From Leucoraja erinacea (Eukaryota): 64,000 nt of DNA. The translations under genes and the position numbers were made by a program. Positions 63,741 through 64,000 of the stretch are shown one piece after another (the stretch's first letter is position 1; every line of letters starts with the position of its first letter). Location: positions 21,948,001 through 22,012,000 of the forward strand of contig NC_073379.1 of assembly GCF_028641065.1 (NCBI RefSeq), written 5' to 3'. The notes beneath the pieces were generated by a model. It saw only the letters and a program-made list of their open reading frames with translations, did not search any database and was not told where the DNA came from.

Positions 63741-64000
63741 CTTAGCAACAGCAACAAATGCTTGCATTCATGTATTAATTTATTATTATAGTCACTTCTA
63801 CTGTGATACAGTGAAAATCTTTGTTTGTATGTTATTTCGCCAAATCTAATCATATCATACATGAGTACAATCAATCCATATACAAGTACAACAGGCAGTG
63901 TAAAGAGAAAAATACCAGAGTACATAATATTGTGTTTTAGACTTTAGTAGAGATACAGCGTGGAAACAGGTCCTTTGGCCCACCATGTCTGTGCCGACCA

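Overview
Eukaryotic, repeat-rich vertebrate DNA. The CR1, Rex1/Babar, Penelope, DIRS and palindromic repeat content suggests a cartilaginous fish, probably a skate or ray (inference). The window holds two tandem + strand Ig-superfamily genes that closely resemble Siglec-15 but carry four V-set exons instead of one. Gene A (1342 to ~22523+) is leader-V1-V2(acceptor deleted)-V3a-V3b-C2/TM. Gene B (45987 to 62339+) is leader-V1-V2-V3-V4-C2/TM. Only V1 keeps the Siglec sialic-acid-binding Arg (CRVE). The two genes are near-identical from just upstream of V1 to the end of C2, but they have diverged leaders, strongly diversified V1 faces and unrelated TM segments: Arg-containing in A, neutral in B. 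This looks like an activating/non-activating paired-receptor system homogenised by gene conversion. Decayed C2/TM exon relics sit behind V2 and V3, showing that the V-set stalk was built by tandem duplication of a V-C2-TM module. An orphan promoter plus dead leader (~34.6-34.97 kb) marks a third, lost copy. The rest is transposable elements, including a young DIRS1 element whose empty site is visible in gene B. Exon boundaries were read by eye from splice signals and phase; no transcript data were available, and the cytoplasmic exons are not established.
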